Source: Styela clava (Eukaryota). Taken from it: a DNA stretch of 64,000 nucleotides. The stretch is taken from NCBI RefSeq assembly GCF_964204865.1, contig NC_135262.1:11966001-12030000 (forward strand), given 5' to 3'. A model generated the notes under the pieces. The model ran no database searches and was not told the origin of the DNA. It saw only the letters and a list, made by a program, of their open reading frames with translations. Made by a program: the position numbers and the translations under genes. The stretch's first letter is position 1; each line of letters starts with the position of its first letter. Of the stretch, positions 51,125 to 63,620 are shown in pieces.

Positions 51125-52218
51125 ATGATATGTTTTATTTTTGATATTGTTTTTATTTGTTGGCGTGTTTAGTTTATCTAGTTTGAATTATTCGCCAGAA
51201 AATTGTCTGTATTGAAAGAAGTCATATTTGTAGTGGATTAAAATTCCCTTTCAATACAGTATCTCGGAAATGCAGAAAACATAATTCAGAATAACTTTAA
51301 TGATTAGATTAGTTCATTTCGAATTAATTCACAGTGGTACATTACCTTTCCACATTTTTATATTGTAGTACTTTGATTGTTTTATAATATACAATACCAA
51401 AACATTGTAAAATAAACAAACATTTTTATCTAAATTTAGTTCTCATATTGTCTAATTTGTCGGATGTAATCGTTTGCCTACATTTTGTACTGTTTATTTG
51501 CATTTGCGTATGATCAATAAACGTGATTAAGAAGTTAAGAACCTTTGTTCCCAGAATGGATGTCAGATCTAGTATTAGAAATCTGATAATCATTATGTAC
51601 TTCAACAACACTTTCGATGCGATATTTCGAAATAACGAAAATTCTTGAAATTTGTGAGTGGATATGATATTATTCACGATAGTTTCTGTTCTTTTCAGAC
51701 AAAACTGTCACACCCTTGCAGTAATATTATATTGATATAATATAAGGGTTAATTGTATAAAACATACGTTAATAATAATAAACATAATAATATAAAACAT
51801 TTTTGTTTGCCTGCAACTTTGTGAAAGTGAAATTGTTTTTCTTTGTGATATCAATAATCTAAAGTCCTCATAGGTTCAGCCAGAAATATATACTGGTGTT
51901 GCGGGGATCAATAAAAAACTAAAGCTCAATTGGACCTTCAAGAGGAATCCTAGAAACTTAAAATTATGAATCTATGCTGTTAATTGGCTCCATAAATGTT
52001 TTGTAGAAGTATTGATTTTTGTTTAAGTTATAATATTATTCGAATGTAAGCGCGCAAAATATTTTCGATACTAATATTTTATTTAGGCGATTTGTAGACT
52101 TGCCCATATCATCGTTCTGTCACTGTAAAAATTTACCAATACCTATGGTCTATATCTACATACAAAGTTTAAAAATGCATGTTTCATATAATATTTTATA
52201 ATTTTTTCCACAAATTAA

Positions 52219-53790
52219 TTAATATGGTATAAATGGAGGATATTGGCACTGAGTACCACATCCATTTGAACAACAAATTAATCCTTCCGTGCAGTCTACA
52301 TTTGATTTACATTCATTTGAGCAGATTCCAACTCTGTCGTCAACTGGAGGACATCGTGGGTCTGTAACTAAATTGAAGTGAATTAATAAACAATAATATT
52401 AATTGAAGATGTTGTCATCAGTTTTTTTGTTTGATTTTTTTTAAGACATATTTATAAACTTGGAGCTAGAGTTGTGAAAAACTTCGTAGTTTGCCACTGC
52501 TCACGTAATTCCCTTCTTGCATGCCTTTATGAAGTAATTCTAAACAATAGTTTATCGAATCTGTTCGAATTGTTTCGCCGCATTTTTTAACATCGACATT
52601 CTTTAAAATATCAATAAAATCTTCAAACGGGTGCTTTGTGGAATATATTAAAAAATAATTTTTTCCGAAATAATATATATAAATGATTGAGAGATACATT
52701 ACAATTTCATGTAGGCTACATACCGTTTTTCATCAATATTCTATACCTCGTAGTATGAGCAAATGAGAGGAAAATTATTTAAAAACTAAATTTATGTAGA
52801 AAGAAATCTTACATGGTGGTGAGATGCATCTTTGATGGCAACCATTATAGCAACATATATCTCCATTCTTGCATTGGTCATTACTGTAGCATGATGGTGG
52901 AAGACACAATATTCTTTTACGGAGTTCTAACATTCTTGGATCTATTGGCGGGCATCGTTCATCTGAAATTTGAAAGTAAATCCATGTTTTAGAACAAGAG
53001 TATGGGACTTTTTCATTCTATATTTTTAGAAAATATTATTTCTTGTATGAGCTCAATTATAATACTGCAAAAATTTGTCAGTTTTTTGGGAACGACAAAT
53101 AAATCTAGAGACCAATGATCACTCACTCTCAAACTTGATAATTTTCCATTGTCTTGGATATCCTCGTACTTAAAATATATTTGTTTCATATTTTAATTTT
53201 ATATCTCGATACAGATTTGGTCAACTGCCCCATTTTTTCATTTAATTGATTTAGATAAATGGATTCAAATTATTATAAATTTGAAAGGAACAATCCCATA
53301 CCAAGTGGTGCTTTTACACATTGACTTCCACAGCCGTTCGAACAACATATTCTTCCATAATTGCAATCATTGTTTGAGTAACAATTATGAATACAAACTC
53401 CTATTTGATCGGTTGCATAAGTGGCAGGACATTTTGAATCCCATCTCGGAAATAATCTGATCCCTAAAAGATGATAAATTAACTGTTAGTAATAATATTA
53501 TATTGTTACGCTTCATGATTTAATCAGATTTTATTGTCATTTTACTTTTTTATACATATAAAGTATTTCATCAAAAACAGTTTATTGCTTTAAAAGAAAT
53601 CCGTATTTTTACTAGATTAGAAGATTTCAGTTAGTTATTATCCAGCAATCATAGCAAATCACATGTTTCAATAATCGGAAATGCCTTGAATTAAAAATTG
53701 AATTAAATTAACCAATTTCTAATAGTACAAACCTGCATTGACATTGGTGAAGTATAGAGCAAAAAAGATCACACTGGCTACTTTCATCAT
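52219..53790 (-). CDS. WAP3: secreted three-WAP-domain protein, 170 aa
   Basis: Exons 53790-53733, 53463-53302, 52962-52813, 52361-52219; near-identical to WAP1. Confidence 0.9.
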
Positions 53791-55200
53791 ACTGTCGTTG
53801 TTTTTCTTTTAAAATTTTCGAAAATCTTTGTTCAATATTGTTTCTTGAAGGTGCAATTTTCAATCTGATTTGAGAACATAAGGAAACGGAGTCATATATA
53901 TAGGCTATATTGCGAACGACCTTGAGTATTTAATGAATAAATCATCTTGGAAACTCCATACCTTAACATCCTGTCGAAATTCAAAATTTAATATTTTATT
54001 AAAGAAATGATTTCATTGAAGGAGAAAATTCGAAAAGTGAATAATAGAATTGAACACGGGAGAAGTCTTATAGTGTTTTAATCGTATATACGTATACAAC
54101 GTATAAACAAAAATTAAGATATCCAAATGATGCAACAATCATGACATTGCTTTTTGACATAAAATCCCCATAAACATTTCGTGTACAAAATAAGAAGCTC
54201 GTCGTGACAAACTCATACTACCTGATTTCGATGGTGCAATTGACATCCTATTGCCTGCGGGTACATACGTACAACCATTGCAACTCACTGAGTCGAAAGC
54301 TTTTTTAGCTTTGAATATCAGGTATATTTATATACAATTAAAATTTATACCGAATACCAAAAATCAATGGACGTGACGAAATAGAGATTGTGGCTTGTCT
54401 CATTGAAAAAGATGACTTTTGACCAGATAAACCTTCTTCAAATAAATGAAGATAATATTTATGCTTACAATTTTGATTATTAAAGATATAGGTAGATTCC
54501 ATCGTGCGCTAACGGAGCATTTGTTTTTATTACGTGGAACATATGACGTAAGCATGGTGATGATGTAACGCGGGTATGATATATTTAAGTAATAGATCAT
54601 ATGAAAAATATTGTGCTGCACTATTAATAAACAAGGGTGAGAATAACAACAACTCCATGTTACTAAAAAAGCTTTGAGTGGCAAAAATGATTGGCGACTT
54701 CTTCTAGGACTGAAGGGTCATTCTATTTTAGTAAGCGACAAACTGGGTGTTAAAAAGATATTACACTGCTATATGGAGGGTAAAATTTCATCCGACCATA
54801 TTTCATAAAAAGTGGAAAATTGAGAAATTCATTGTTTTCAGTTTACAGTGTACAATTGATTGTATTAGCTAATGCTACAATCAAGTAATCTAGAAAAAAT
54901 ATATGTATTACATAATATTAAATATGTATTATAACAACGTTACAAAACTAAACGATATTAGAAATCTATACCAAATACAAAGTAATTTTTCTGCGTTTAC
55001 ACCTCGAAAAAGAACACCCTCATCTGCAAAGGAATTCATATCCGCATGGGAAGCGATGCAAAAGACCTTATAACAAGACTATTCAGGTGGACAGGTCACA
55101 GTATATAACGTTTACGAGCTTAAATTAATTTTTGTATCTTATTCAAATTAGGAGAAAGAAATACTACGAACCCTCGGCTGGGTGACATGACCCCCTAGGC

Positions 55201-56671
55201 CATAGGTTCTCAAAGTGCTCCGTACGGAGCCCCAGGGCTCCGCAAGAGAAACCCAGGGGCTCAGCGAGCTATTCGATTACTTTTCAAAATACTGACTTGG
55301 CTAATTTAAAAATGTTTCTAGAAGCAAAAACTGCTTTGATAAAATTTTACAACAATATAGCCTCCAAACATGGCAAAGGGGCGGACTTAAAAAATGACAT
55401 TATTTATAAGCAGGAGCGCAGCCAGGATTCTTAAGAGGAAGGAGGTTCAAATTTGGAATCGGAAATTTACGCGCAACATTTTTGGCGATTCAGGAAAAAG
55501 ATAACGAGATTTCTGTTGCGTAAAATATATAATTCATGACCAATGCGAACATTTAAAGTGTCTTGTCTTAATAATTTGATTGTGCTCATCGTTACTAACG
55601 CTCGATTCGAGATTACTATTAGGATTACTAAAATAAAAGAATACTATTCTAAAATAGCATAAACTGCGTGATAAACTGCCAACTATAAATGAATTGGAGT
55701 CGTATTTTTGCGATCTTGGGATTTGTTAAACCTGATTGGTTCTTTCGCACTCGAGATTATTTTTAAGCAAGATATCGCCGTTTGAAAAATCACAAGGTCT
55801 TGGCAAAATACGAACGATTGAAATTTATCTTAGTGCATGCGGCTCCGTCGGTAGTTTCAGAGTGAAAAAATGGTATATCGCGCGCATAATTAATTGACTG
55901 TGTTTCAATTTCGCAGTTACCACGATGAATAACCGTGGAAAACTCAACATAACATCAAATTTTGTGATTTACATTGTCTATAGAAGCGTTTTTATTCTGA
56001 CGTGAGTGTGCTGAAACAAAACGTATAGTGTTATCCTTCATTTTAAGTTTTAGTTCTAATATTTTAGAATGCCACTTTTTTAATTTATTTGAATTGTGGA
56101 TTTACCTCTTTATTAGCTATTATTTCTAGCATTTCGTCGCCGATGATTATAGTTTGGTAACATGTTTTTCACATTAAACTCATAATTCCCCACGAGAACG
56201 AAAAAGCAATTATCGTCGTCATTGTGGAACAATACATGTATATGCCGAAGGAAATTTTCGATTTAGGGAGAATAAACACCGGCGTGAAGATGTTTGAGGT
56301 TTAAAAACACGCCATGCTGACGAAAACAATCGGCGATTGTAACAAAATGCAATCGCGCACGATATTAGCGGCCTTTTAAGTCTTCCAAAAATGTCAAGAG
56401 GGGAAAAGATTCGACCCCTAATTTATTAATATGTTTGTCATGTGTCAAATTTACAGCTTTATAATATACAATTTATCTTTGAAATTTAGATTTATTTATA
56501 ACTTGTATTAACCCTATTAAAAGGGTTTGCCATTTAAATTGAGTAAAGTACGTTTAACTTACTCAGGAATATTAATCGGAAAGTAACAGTTTTAACATTT
56601 ATTTTGGGGCTCCGTGAATAATAGTCAACCTTTTCAAGGGCTCCGCAACGCCAAAAGTTTGAGAACCCCTG
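55201..56671. mobile_element. hAT-type non-autonomous element
   Basis: TIR CA[T/G][A/G]GGTTCTCAAA and 8-bp TSD CCCTAGGC at 55193-55200 and 56672-56679. The site is empty at ~44228 and ~18125. Confidence 0.9.
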
Positions 56672-56879
56672 CCCTAGGCCACAGGTTGGGACAAGAAATG
56701 TGATATTTTGATGGGACATGCAAATTTTCAGGTACTGTTTTCATAGCAAGTGAACTAAAAAGATAGATTTAAACAAAGCTTTGTTCATTAAAACTTATAT
56801 TTTTTATGGTAGTAAATTATATAAATATACTAACTGTAAGGGAAGTCTTCAACGCACAATTAGGCATGAATCAAAATCA

Positions 56880-57720
56880 CAGATTCACTTAATATCAATC
56901 CTTTAATAGAAATGAAGAACACTTGGATGAGTTTTTGAAAGAATTCGGGCTGGTTTGCGTCAGCATTCACTTCCAACAGGGAAACGGAAAACTTAGGACG
57001 TTTACATGCGCTGATAGACAAAAGCCCCACTTGACTACATAATAAGTAATTATGAATAGTGCTAAAAATTGCGAATCTTACTTCAGATGAAGAATCTCAT
57101 CGGATCATCGCATAGTCACGTTAAAAATCAAATTCAGACTACGAGCAAACAAGTTGAACCCATCGGCAACTGCAACGCGTATAAAAACTTTGTCAAGGCT
57201 CATATGGAACCTACAGAATTATCGATTACAAAAAATGTAAAAGTAAAAGGAAAATTGCCCAGGAAAAACGTAATAATTCGGGATAAAAAAAAAAAGGAAT
57301 TTGCAAAAATAATAAAACACCACCTCCAGCAGAATCAACATCAAAAAGCATGAAGATGCTCAGAAAGATCTTGAAGCTACAAACCTCGAAAAGCAGCGGA
57401 ACTATCTTCACTCTGAAATTTCCACAGAAAGCAATCAATCATCACTTGAATGGAAAACTGTCAATTAAATTATTGGTATGCAAAGAGTTACCAAAGCTAA
57501 AATCAAAGCTTAGAGTCAAGAAGATCGTTTGAATAAGTGGAAATGTAATTTTCAAGAATCAACTTGGTAAAGATATTCCCATACAAATCAATCGCGAGCA
57601 TGAATAAGTAATAAAGACCGGGCCATTTAATGAAAACGAATTGGAAATTGTTCTGAAGAAACTAAGAAACAAGAGACATTAAGCATATTTAATCAATTTC
57701 AAATTTTATGCAATAAGATG
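56880..57720 (+). mobile_element. Decayed LINE remnant (APE endonuclease C-terminus, RTE-like); shorter copy at ~44430-44736
   Basis: Broken frames give ...LDEFLKEFGL...HFQ...GKL.TF...LDYI...SAKNCESY...SSDHRIVTLKIKFRLRANK. Confidence 0.6.
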
Positions 57721-58220
57721 GGATGAGAGTTGACCATATAGCGGTGCAATATCTTTTAACACCCAGTTTTGACACGTACTGGAATGTGGGAAATAAAATG
57801 AACATTCAGTTCTAGGAGAAGTCGCGAATCATTTTTTCATATGAACTCGTGCGTAAACATAACATACCCGCGTTACATCATCAACCTATTTACGTCATAC
57901 GTTCCACGTCATAAAAAATGCAATACTAGCGCATAAGCATAAATATGAGCTTCATTGATTTGAAAGGAGGTTTACGTGGTAAAAATCAATCATTTGAATT
58001 TTTCTTATTAATCTTTAATCGTGCTGCTGAAAGAAATTCGGTATGAATATAGTTTGTATATAAAATTACCGGATATTCAAAGCTAAAAAACTTTTTAACT
58101 CAGTTAGTTGCAATAGTTTTACGTATGTACCCGCAGGCAATAGGATGTCAATTGCACCATCGAAATCAGTAGTATAAGTTTGTCACGACGAGCTTCTTAT
58201 TTTGTGCACGGAATATTGAT

Positions 58221-58482
58221 GGGGATTTTATGCCAAAAAGCCATGTCATAATTGTGACACCAAACTTTAAACTTTGTTTTTGCGTATGCGATGTGAACAT
58301 ATTAAAATATCATGAGACTTCACACATGTTCAAGTTCTATTAATCATCCTTTAAATTTTCTCTCCAAATGAAATATTTGCTTTTAAAAAATATTGGATTA
58401 TGACAGGATGTTAAGTTATGGAGTTTCCAAGATGATTTATTCTTTAATAACTCAAGGTCGTTCGCAATATAGCCTATATATA
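58221..58482 (+). promoter_or_regulatory. WAP4 proximal promoter: kappaB-like motifs and TATA-like box
   Basis: GGGGATTTT at 58221-58229, TGGAGTTTCC at 58419-58428 and TATATATA at 58475-58482, ~105 bp before the ATG. The motifs are conserved in paralogs; factor identity is inference. Confidence 0.5.
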
Positions 58483-58585
58483 TGACTCCTTTCCCTATGT
58501 CCTGAATTGAGTTAGAAAGTTGTATCATCAAGAAGCAATATTGAACAAAGATATTTGAATCGTTGAAAAAGAAAACAACGACAAT

Positions 58586-59997
58586 ATGATGAAAACTGCC
58601 ATTGTGATCTTTTTTGCTGTATACTTCGTCAACGTCAATGCAGGTTTGTGCAATTAGAGGTTGTTTTATTTAAAGTTGATTAGTAATTTTATTCAATAGT
58701 ATTTTGTTGTTAATTCATCATCTTTTAGGGATCCGATTACTTCCGAGATGGGATCCAAAATGTCCTATCACTTATGCAACCGATCAAATAGGAATTTGTA
58801 TTCATCGTTGTTACTCAAACAATGATTGTAATTACGGAAGAATATGTTGTTCGACCGGATGTGGAAGTCAATGTGCAAGAGCACCACTTGGTATGTGTTT
58901 ATTCCGTTTAAATTTTTAGTTCCACTGCGTTCAATTATACTAATCTTACTATTATTCAATTAAACCAGAAAATGGGGCTGTTGACTAAATCTGTATCGAA
59001 ATAGAAAATTAAAATATAAACCAAATAATTCAAGTACGAGACTTTAAATGATCATATTGGCTTTTACTTTCGAAGTGACAGCGCATTACAGCAATAAAAA
59101 AATCTTGTCATTGTACAAGGAGATCCAAGATAACGTTAAGGCATCAAGTTTTTGAAAGGATCATTTGTGTTAGAACTTATTTGTAGCTCTTAACAAAACT
59201 GACACATCTTTGCAGTATTATATTCAAGCTCCTATAAAAAAAACAATCATCTCTCAAAAGCTGGTGTAAAAAAAGTCCATAGTTTTGTTCTGATTCGAAA
59301 ACATAGACTTACTTTTATATTTCAGATGAACGATGTCCACCAATAGATCCAAGGATGTTGGAACTCCGTCAAAGAATATTGTGTCTTCCTCCATCATGCT
59401 ACAGCAATGATCAATGCAAGAATGGAGATATATGTTGCTATGATGGTTGCCGTCAACGATGCATCTCACCACCATGTACAGTTTCTTTCTACATTTTTTA
59501 AGTTTTGAATAATTTTTACATTTTAAGTTTTTCACCTATTTCCTCATACTACGATGAATAGGAACCCTGGTGACGAGCAGTATGTACATGAACTCGTAAT
59601 GTAGCTCCCAATTATTTACATATATATATATATATATTGTTTCGGAAAAGTTCGTTTTTTATAAATCTTTCACGAAGCAGCCGTTACTATGGGATACTAT
59701 GGCAAACTATACGAGCAATGGTAAACTACAAAGTTTTTCACTATCCTAGATCCAAGTGTATGAATATATCGTCATAAAAATAAAACAAAAGAGAGTCATG
59801 ACGAGATCTTTATTTTATATTATTGTTTATTAATTCATTTTAATTTAGTTACAGACCCACGATGTCCTCCAGTTAAAGAGAGAGTTGGAATCTGCTCAAA
59901 TGAATGTAAATCAAACATAGACTGCACAGAAGGATTAATTTGTTGTTCAAATGGATGCGGTACTCAGTGTCAATATCCTCCGTTTATACCATTTTGA
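58586..59997 (+). CDS. WAP4: secreted three-WAP-domain protein, 170 aa, intact
   Basis: Exons 58586-58643 (MMKTAIVIFFAVYFVNVNA), 58729-58890, 59326-59475, 59855-59997. GT-AG, phase 1. Confidence 0.9.
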
Positions 59998-60239
59998 TAG
60001 ATTTGTGTGAAAAATTATAAAATATTATACGCAAAATGCATTGTTAAACTTTCTCTAGTACGAATATCATTTTCCACAAATAGTTCTAAGATATCAGTGA
60101 ATTTGCTGACTTATAACGTCTGGGATACCAAAACATCACTATGTGGTCCCATAGCGTCATCTCGCAGTTGAAACGATGCAATCAATGATTTGTAAAAATT
60201 ATGGTGATCAACTAACTCAAAAATGCTTTATCATCTGAC

Positions 60240-61078
60240 ATGAAAGATTATAAAGAAGCAATTTTTTTGCAATTTGACCTAAGAAATGAATAATAGTAGT
60301 GGTGTAAGCCCATGAAACTATTCATCTGATTCTTTTCACTCTTGTATCAAATTTCAACCTTTTCTTTCACCATCCATGTAACCTAATGTGTCAAAAACTA
60401 AGTAACATTAAAGTAACCATATGAATATTTTGTAAAATGAATTTCAGATTAAATGGGTTTTATGTTAAACTTCACAATTTCAGTAAAAACGGAATCAATA
60501 ATGACAATTTCGTATATATGGAAGTCGGACAGGTGCCTCGGCCAATACGCAAATTAAAATGTTAAATATATTAGTATAGTTGAATTGCAAATAATTAAAT
60601 AAACGTATATAGAATTTACTCTGCCAGCCAATTAACAAAAATCTGTAAACACATTGCTTATGTAACGCAAATTTTAGTTAGTCAATTTATTTCAATATTC
60701 TGATGATAGTGTTAGAAGATCAACGTCCAAGATTATGCATGTGTGAGGGCTAGTTCTTGATTTTGGTGTATAATTCCAGACCTCTCGATACTAACAATTT
60801 CTCATTGTTACGTTATGAAGAATAGTAATTGTATCAAACATTTATTTCCGGAAACACTTCCATCCAGTCCTCCCGAAAGTAATACACTGAACTGGCAACA
60901 ACTGCATCGAAATCTTTATACATTGATCTAAATTACCCCGAACTTCCGTCATCAATGGCGCAATTAGTATGCAAGGGGCGAAACCCGTCAGAAAAATTGC
61001 ATACTGTATAACTAAGTTCTTCTAGTGCAGAATTCATAGACTTCCAGATTTGGACATTCCTGCACATTTCACTTTCAT
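60240..61078 (-). pseudogene. ST6: sulfotransferase pseudogene (exons 1-2 only)
   Basis: 61078-60840 reads MKVKCAGMSKSG/SMNSALEELSYTVC...*...YKDFDAVVASSVYYFREDWMEVFPE. 60382-60240 reads VTWMVKEKVEI*YKS...GLHHYYYSFL. Stops and frameshifts present; not in the ORF track. Confidence 0.85.
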
Positions 61079-61278
61079 TTTCATTCTATTTTGTTTTGTT
61101 TACCATAATATTGATCGAAATAAAGACTCCAAAATAGAAGAATAAATGGAACTTCAGAAGCTGAAGCAAAGAATATTGCTTCAGCTTCATTCAAACATTG
61201 CTGATTTATAAAACATAGTCAAAAAAGTGCACGTCAGCAAAAAGCTATAAATTAAATTTTGTTAGTACAAGTCTAAGA

Positions 61279-61804
61279 CAGCGGTTCCCAAACTTTCCGC
61301 GACTCCAATTTTCGTGAAAATTAAAATTATAGATATTCGCGATCCCATAACAAAGAAAGCTCAGCAATTATCAGTGGGATACAATGAAATAAGCCTAGTG
61401 AGTCCAACTCTCGATTATATATCAACTATTAACTCCTAGCAACGTGTCTTCACAGATCTCATTTCAACATGAGAATCGAAGATAAAAAAATTTTAAAAGT
61501 TAAACCATGGCTGTCAAAATCGTGCAAACTCGCAGAAAAAGTAGTAAAAAAACTCTCCACCCTTTGGTTTTACTCAAATTATGGAATAACCCTCAATCTA
61601 GAAAACGACAACTCAAAAAAGGCAAGAGATTATTGGCATGTAAATGTCATTTATTATTTAAAAAAAATAGCAAATTTTACTTTCGCGCCTTCAAATCCGA
61701 GGAACTTATTTGCGTCGTATTTTAAGTTCTGCAGATATTAGGCAACCCCGGAAAATCTTCAAGCCACCCAACTCGGTGTCGCGACCTACAGTTTGGAGCC
61801 ACTG
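61279..61804. mobile_element. hAT-type MITE
   Basis: CAGCGGTTCCCAAACT ... AGTTTGGAGCCACTG, with flanks GTCTAAGA / GCCTAAGC (6/8 match). Confidence 0.7.
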
Positions 61805-61940
61805 GCCTAAGCAAAGGGCATTTGTGAGAAAAATCTTTATCAAATATTTGTAGATTTCGTGTCACTTAACCAGAACTGGAGTATATATAACACTAATAAT
61901 ATATGCTTTTTCAAACAAACAAAATACTAATATATATTAA

Positions 61941-62736
61941 CCCTTTTTAAGCCTCTAGCCCTGCCCATTTTATGGGTATTTTTAAACTTATTTTTTATGT
62001 CAACCATTAATCCCTAAAGCTTTATTCATGGGTTTTTAAAAGCCTCTGCTAGAGTTCTATTCAGCAATATATCTTTAAAACACACCCCTCGAAAAAAATT
62101 TTTGCAAAAAAATTTCAAAAATTTCTAAAAAAAAAATTGGACTTTGAGATATTCTGTGTACAGTAGAGGGTTAATAATTAATTCCTAATTAATTAATTTT
62201 TTCTTCAACGTTTTCGTCAAGTTTTTCCTAACATAACAATACCAAAACGACTATTATAGCATAAATGGTTATCACTCTGAAATTCACAATTGTATTTACA
62301 GTATTGTCAAGTTCAAGGTCAAATTACCGATACTGATGACGTCACAGCTCTTATTATTACTGCACAGACCACCCCCAATGCAAAAAAATTAAATTTTTTC
62401 GACGGAAATGCGCGTAGAACGGCGTAACCAATCTCATACGCGCATTTACGCGTTAAAATTACCATTAATTTTACGTTTTTTTTACATACAAAAAATCTCC
62501 ATACCTCTGCCAACTATGGAGCATTCGAAATCATATTTATCAAAACAACACAGCGCCAGGGATGGTCAGGGATAGTTAGTATGACTGAAAATACATGCTA
62601 AAACAATAATAAGTCGTTATAAAGGAGTATTTCCTGTCTGAAGGGAGTCACATTTTTCAGACGTCTGACAGGTGATTTTGAAATCCAGGATATTTATAGG
62701 ATTCGCACTTTGCGTCACGGCTGGAAGGTAGAAGGG
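61941..62736. mobile_element. piggyBac-like non-autonomous remnant(s)
   Basis: TTAA|CCCTT... and ...AAGGG|TTAA, with a second AGAGGG|TTAA end at 62165-62174. TIRs are short and imperfect. Confidence 0.45.
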
Positions 62737-62914
62737 TTAAATATAAAATGGAATTTTATAAATGTTGGTTGTGAATGTTGAAATCAAACTAATTTAAATT
62801 CGGAATGATCGTGCCCCCGTGTAACACTTCATAATATGATTTTTGAAATGAACACTTCGGTAAAAATTATCGTCATTTGTGTATTTCGTGTTGTGAGTTT
62901 CTGGACCGAGTGAA

Positions 62915-63620
62915 AATATGCGGCTCGCCAGACTTTTAGTGCGGCTCTTCTCGCTAACATAAATTATTATCCAAATTTCAACTAAGAGAAAAACTTTAAT
63001 GTAAACTCTTTTAATTTCGTAAGTCGTAAAGAAGTTTTCGTCAATGATTAAGACAAATTATGTTTTAGTATGAAAATCGCTGTAGCGTTGAATTTAAGTC
63101 AGTCAAGTCAGCAAATCTTTCGTCACAATGGACAATGTTTATTGATGCGTCGGCGGTATTGCAGCTTAATTGCGGTTAGTTAGTCTAAGTTACTGTGCGA
63201 TATGTCCTCAATTAAGAAACGAAAGTACGAAGATGAAAACAGAGTTGTCAAGTCAGAGTGGGAAGAAGAATACGCATTTACCAGTCAGAAGAATAAACCT
63301 TTGTGCATAACCTGCCATAAGCTACTAAGTCAGAATAAAGTCAGCAATGTTAAACGGCACCATGAAACAAATCATGAAAACTTTTTACGAGACTAACCTT
63401 GTAAATCAGCTACAAGGAAACACAAATTAAATGAGCTCAAATTATGCATATATTTGAGCATAGCTGCCTTGTTTATCTATTTATTGTTATTAGACTCTTG
63501 TGTGAATTTCTTTTCTGTTCATGGTATTTTGATAATAATGATAAGTTCACAAATTCTGCGGTACTTTTAAAGTTCTGACTTGCAGCATGCGGCTCTTATA
63601 CTGAAAAATTGTGCCCCCCC
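62915..63620 (+). mobile_element. Deleted hAT element (Buster/SPIN/GTF2IRD2-like) with N-terminal transposase remnant
   Basis: ORF 63202-63396 MS..KKRK...ENR....EWEEEYAF......PLCITC......NK.SNVKRHHETNH (BED-like finger), then a stop. GCGGCTC subterminal motifs on both sides. Confidence 0.75.

Larger units (their letters stand above)
48478..60160. repeat. Segmental duplication unit B (ST+, WAP-, WAP+)
   Basis: Colinear with unit A. Lacks the MULE, Academ-like element and exon MITE, but carries its own hAT insertion. Confidence 0.93.
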
